Shown here in pieces: positions 60,001-64,000 of a stretch of 64,000 nt of DNA. The stretch is from assembly GCF_009914755.1 (NCBI RefSeq), contig NC_060928.1. One strand, written 5' to 3'. The first letter of the stretch is position 1. Every line of letters starts with the position of its first letter. The position numbers were made by a program, and so were the translations under genes. Origin of the DNA: the human T2T-CHM13v2.0 reference genome, Homo sapiens. Under the pieces are notes generated by a model that ran no database searches, was not told the DNA's origin, and saw only the letters and a list, made by a program, of their open reading frames with translations.

Positions 60001-60779
60001 AGTATATAATATATATTATGTGTACTTTGATATATTATGTACAGTATATAATATATAGTATGGGTTGTTTGATATTTTATGTACAGTATATAATATATAG
60101 TTTGGGTAGTTTGATATTTTTAGTACAGTATGTAATATATAGTTTGTTTTATTTGATATTTTATGTACAGTATACAATATATAGTATTGGTACTTTGATA
60201 TTTCATGTAAAGTATATAGTTTGAGTACTTTGATATTTTATATGCAGTTTATTATAAATGTTTGGGTACCTTCATATTTTATGTACAGTATATAATACAT
60301 ACTTTGGGAACTTTTATTTTATGTGCAGTATATAATACATACTTTGGGTACTTTGATATTTCATGTACAGTATATAATACACACTTTGGGTACTTTGATA
60401 TTTTATGTACAGTATATAATACACACTTTGGGTAGTTTGATATTTTATGTACAGTATATAATACATACTTTGGGTACTTTGATGTATTATGTACAGTATA
60501 TAATACATACTTTGGGTACTTTGATATTTTATGTACAGTATATAATACATACTTTGGGTACTTTGATATTTTATGTACAGTATGTAATACACACTTTGGG
60601 TACTTTGATATTTTATGTACAGTATGTAAAACATACTTTGGGTAGTTTGATATATTATGTACAGTATATAATACATACTTTGGGTACTCTGATATTTTAT
60701 GTACAGTGTATAATACATACTTTGGGTACTTTGATATTTTATGTACAGTATATAATACATACATTGGGTACTTTGATAT
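51084..60779 (+). repeat. Copy 2 of the near-identical ~9.7-kb duplication
   Basis: As for copy 1. Collinearity ends at ~60779, where the sequence switches to block-end monomers instead of TATATTATG...CTTACTTGGGG. Confidence 0.93.
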
Positions 60780-63700
60780 TTTATGTACAGTATACAATAT
60801 ATAGTTTGAGTACTTTGATATTTTATGTACTGTATAAAATATATAGTTTTGGTACTTTGATATTTTATGTACAGTATATAGTTTGAGTACTTTGATATTT
60901 TATGTACAGTTTGTTATAAATATTTTGGTGCTTTCATATTTTATGTACTGTATATAATACATGCTTTGGGCACTTTGATATTTTATGTACAGTATATAAT
61001 ACATACTTTGGGTACTCTGATATTTTATGTACAGTGTATAATACATACTTTGGGTACTTTGATATTTTATGTACAGTATATAATACATACATTGGGTACT
61101 TTGATATATTATGTACAGTATATAATACTTACTTGGGGTACTGTGATATTTTATGTACAGTATATAATACATAGTTTGTGTACTTTGATATTTTATGTAC
61201 AGTATGTAGTACACACTTTGGGTATTTTGATATTTTATGTACAGTATATAATACATACTTTGGGTATCTTGATATTTTATGTACAGTATATAATGCATAC
61301 TTTGCGTCCTTTGATATTTTATGTACAGTATATAATGCATACTTTGGGTACTTTGATATTTCATGTACAGTATGTAATACATACTTTGGGTACTTTGATA
61401 TTTTATGTATAGTATATAATACATACTTTGTGTAGTTTGATATTTTATGTACAGTATACAATATATAGTTTGAGTACTTTGTTATTTTATGTGCAGTATA
61501 AAATATATAGTTTTCGTAATTGATCTTTTATGTACAGAATATAGTTTGAGTACTTTGATATTTTATGTACACTTTATTATAAATGTTTGGGTCCTTTCAT
61601 ATTTTATGTACAGTATATAATACATACTTTGGTCTCTTTGATGTTTTATGTACAGTATATAATACATAATTTGGGTTCTTTGATATTTTATGTACAGAAT
61701 ATAATGCATAGTTTTAGGTACTTTTATATTTTATGTACAGTATATAATACATACTTTGGGTACTTTGATATTTTATGTACAGTATATAATACATACTTTG
61801 GGAACTTTGATATTTTATGTACAGTATGTAATACATACTTTGGGTACTTTGATATTTTATGTACAGTATATAATACATACTATTGGTACTTTGATATTTT
61901 ATGTACAGTATACAATATATAGTTTGAGGACTTTGATATTTTATGTCCAGTATAAAATATATAGATTTCATACTTTGATATTTTATGTACTGAATGTAGT
62001 TTGAGTACTTTGATATTTTATGTACACTTTATTATAAAAGTTTGGGTACTTTCATATTTTACGTACAGTATATAATACATACTTTGGGCACTTTGATGTT
62101 TTATGTACAGTATATAATACATACTTTGGGTTCTTTGATAATTTATGTACAGCATATAATACATAATTTGGGGACTTTTATATTTTATGTACATTATATT
62201 ATACATACTTTGGGTACTTTTATATTTTATGTACGGTATATAATACACACTTTGGGTACTTTGATATATTATGTACAGTATATAATACATACTTTGGGTA
62301 CTTTGATATATTATGTACAGTATATAATACATACTAAGGGTACTTTGACATTTTATGTACAGTACATAATACATACTTTGGGTACTTTGATATTTTATGT
62401 ACAGTATATAATGCATACTTTGAATACTTTGATATTTTATGTACAGTATATAATACATACTTTGGGTACTTTTATATTTTATGTACAGTATATAATATAT
62501 AGTTTGGGTACTTTGATATTTTATGTACGGTATATAATACATACTTTGGGTACTTTGATATTTTATGTACAGTATATAATACATACTTTGGGTACTCTGA
62601 TATTTTATGTACCGTATACAATATATAGTTTGAGTACTTTGATATTTTATGTACTGTATAAAATATATAGTTTTCGTACTTTGATATTTTATGTACAGTA
62701 TATAGTTTGAGTACTTTGATATTTTATGTACAGTTTTTTATAAATGTTTGGGTGCTTTCATATTTTATGTACAGTATATAATACATACAAAGGGCACTTT
62801 GTTATTTTATGTACAGTATATAATACATACTTTGGGTACTCTGATATTTTATGTACAGTGTATAATACATACTTTGGGTACTTTGATATTTTATGTACAA
62901 TATATAATACATACGTTGGGAACTTTGATATATTATGTACAGTATATAATACATACTTTGGGTACTTTGATATTTTATCTACAGTATACAACACATAGTT
63001 TGTGTACTTTGATATTTTATGTACAGTATATAATACATACTTTGGGTACTTTGATATTTTATGTACAGTATATAATACATACTTTGGGTACTTTCATATT
63101 TTATGTACAGTATATAATACATAGTTTGGTTACTTTGATATTTTATCTACAGCTTATAATACATACTTTGGATACTTTGATACTTTATGTACAGTATATA
63201 ATACATACTTTGGGTACTTTGATATTTTATGTACAGTATACAATATATAGTTTGAGTACTTTGATATTTTATGTGCAGTATAAAATATATAGTTTTGGTA
63301 CTTTCATATTTTATGTACAGTATATAGTTTGAGTACTTTGATATTTTATGGACAGTTTTTTATAAATGGGTGCTTTCATATTTTAAGTACAGTATATAAT
63401 ACATACTAAGGGCACTTTGATATTTTATGTACAGTATATAATACATACTTTGGGTACTTTGATATTTTATGTACATCATATAATATATAGTTTGGGTACT
63501 TTGATATTTTATGTACAGTATATAATACATACCTTGGGTACTTTGATATTTTATGTACAGTACATAATATATAGTTTGGGTATTTTGATATTTTATGTAC
63601 AGTATATAATACATACTTTGGGTACTTTGATATTTTATGTACAGTATATAATACATACTTTGGGAACTTTGATATTTTATGTACAGTATGTAAAACATAC

Positions 63701-64000
63701 TTTGGGTACTTTGATATTTTATGTACAGTATATAATACATACTATTGGTACTTTGATATTTTATGTACATTATACAATATATAGTTTGAGTACTTTGATA
63801 TTTTATGTCCAGTATAAAATATATAGATTTCGTACTTTGATATTTTATGTACAGAATATAGTTTGAGTACTTTCATATTTTATGTACACTTTATTATAAA
63901 AGTTTGGGTACTTTCATATTTTACGTACAGTATATAATACATACTTTGGGTACTTTTATATTTTATGTACGGTATATAATACATACTTTGGGTACTTTGA

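Larger units (their letters stand above)
1..64000. repeat. HSat1A (human satellite 1 / SAR) 42-bp tandem satellite array; extends beyond both window ends; T-rich strand on +
   Basis: The consensus TACTTTGATATTTTATGTACAGTATATAATACATACTTTGGG (19 T, 13 A, 6 G, 4 C; no CpG) repeats throughout. RsaI (GT^AC) cuts give a 17-mer ACTTTGATATTTTATGT and a 25-mer ACAGTATATAATACATACTTTGGGT, the known A/B subunits of classical satellite 1. Every ORF shows 14-aa periodicity. No non-satellite sequence was seen. Confidence 0.96.

Noticed and set aside
179-63866. Hundreds of ORFs (60-302 aa), e.g. 27475-28383 and 28947-29807, as protein-coding genes
   Set aside because: All are translations of the 42-bp monomer in overlapping frames on both strands. 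They break at cassettes and point variants, and have no unique domain or gene structure.
1-64000. CRISPR-like array (conserved 17-bp unit alternating with a more variable 25-bp unit)
   Set aside because: The apparent spacers are all near-identical copies of one 25-mer. There is no leader and there are no cas genes.
1-64000. Inversions, or transposon (Alu/L1/HSat1B) insertions
   Set aside because: I saw no reverse-orientation monomer (CCCAAAGTATG on +) and no non-satellite or GC-rich stretch while reading through.
1-64000. Alpha satellite/CENP-B boxes, telomeric repeats or G-quadruplex arrays
   Set aside because: There is no 171-bp period, CENP-B box or TTAGGG tract. GGG runs are 42 bp apart, too far for canonical G4s.
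1-64000. Assignment to a specific chromosome or species
   Set aside because: HSat1A occurs on several chromosomes and the window has no unique flank. This needs alignment to T2T assemblies.

Overview
The whole 64 kb is one uninterrupted, head-to-tail, single-orientation satellite array. The monomer is 42 bp and 76% AT by consensus (TACTTTGATATTTTATGTACAGTATATAATACATACTTTGGG), with about 1,540 copies. It splits at two RsaI sites (GTAC) into alternating 17-bp and 25-bp units, which is the classical definition of human satellite 1 / HSat1A (Repbase SAR). This points to human or great-ape pericentromeric or acrocentric short-arm heterochromatin; the chromosome cannot be told from the sequence. 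I find no genes, RNA genes, transposons or CRISPR arrays. All ORFs in the track are translations of the 14-codon monomer. The interest lies in the internal grammar. About 93 'punctuation' cassettes (a 35-bp plus a 41-bp monomer with stereotyped flanking monomers) cut the array into blocks of n x 42 + 76 bp. At least ten cassette lineages are shuffled together. Nested duplications occur at offsets of 252, 748, about 1,950, about 3,250-3,300, about 5.5-6.2 kb, 6,970 and 10,254 bp, alongside footprints of recombination and conversion. Two motif observations are hypotheses only: each consensus monomer carries a perfect Pumilio element on the A-rich strand and a TCF/LEF core. Offsets come from the ORF track and were checked by eye; counts and breakpoints are approximate.
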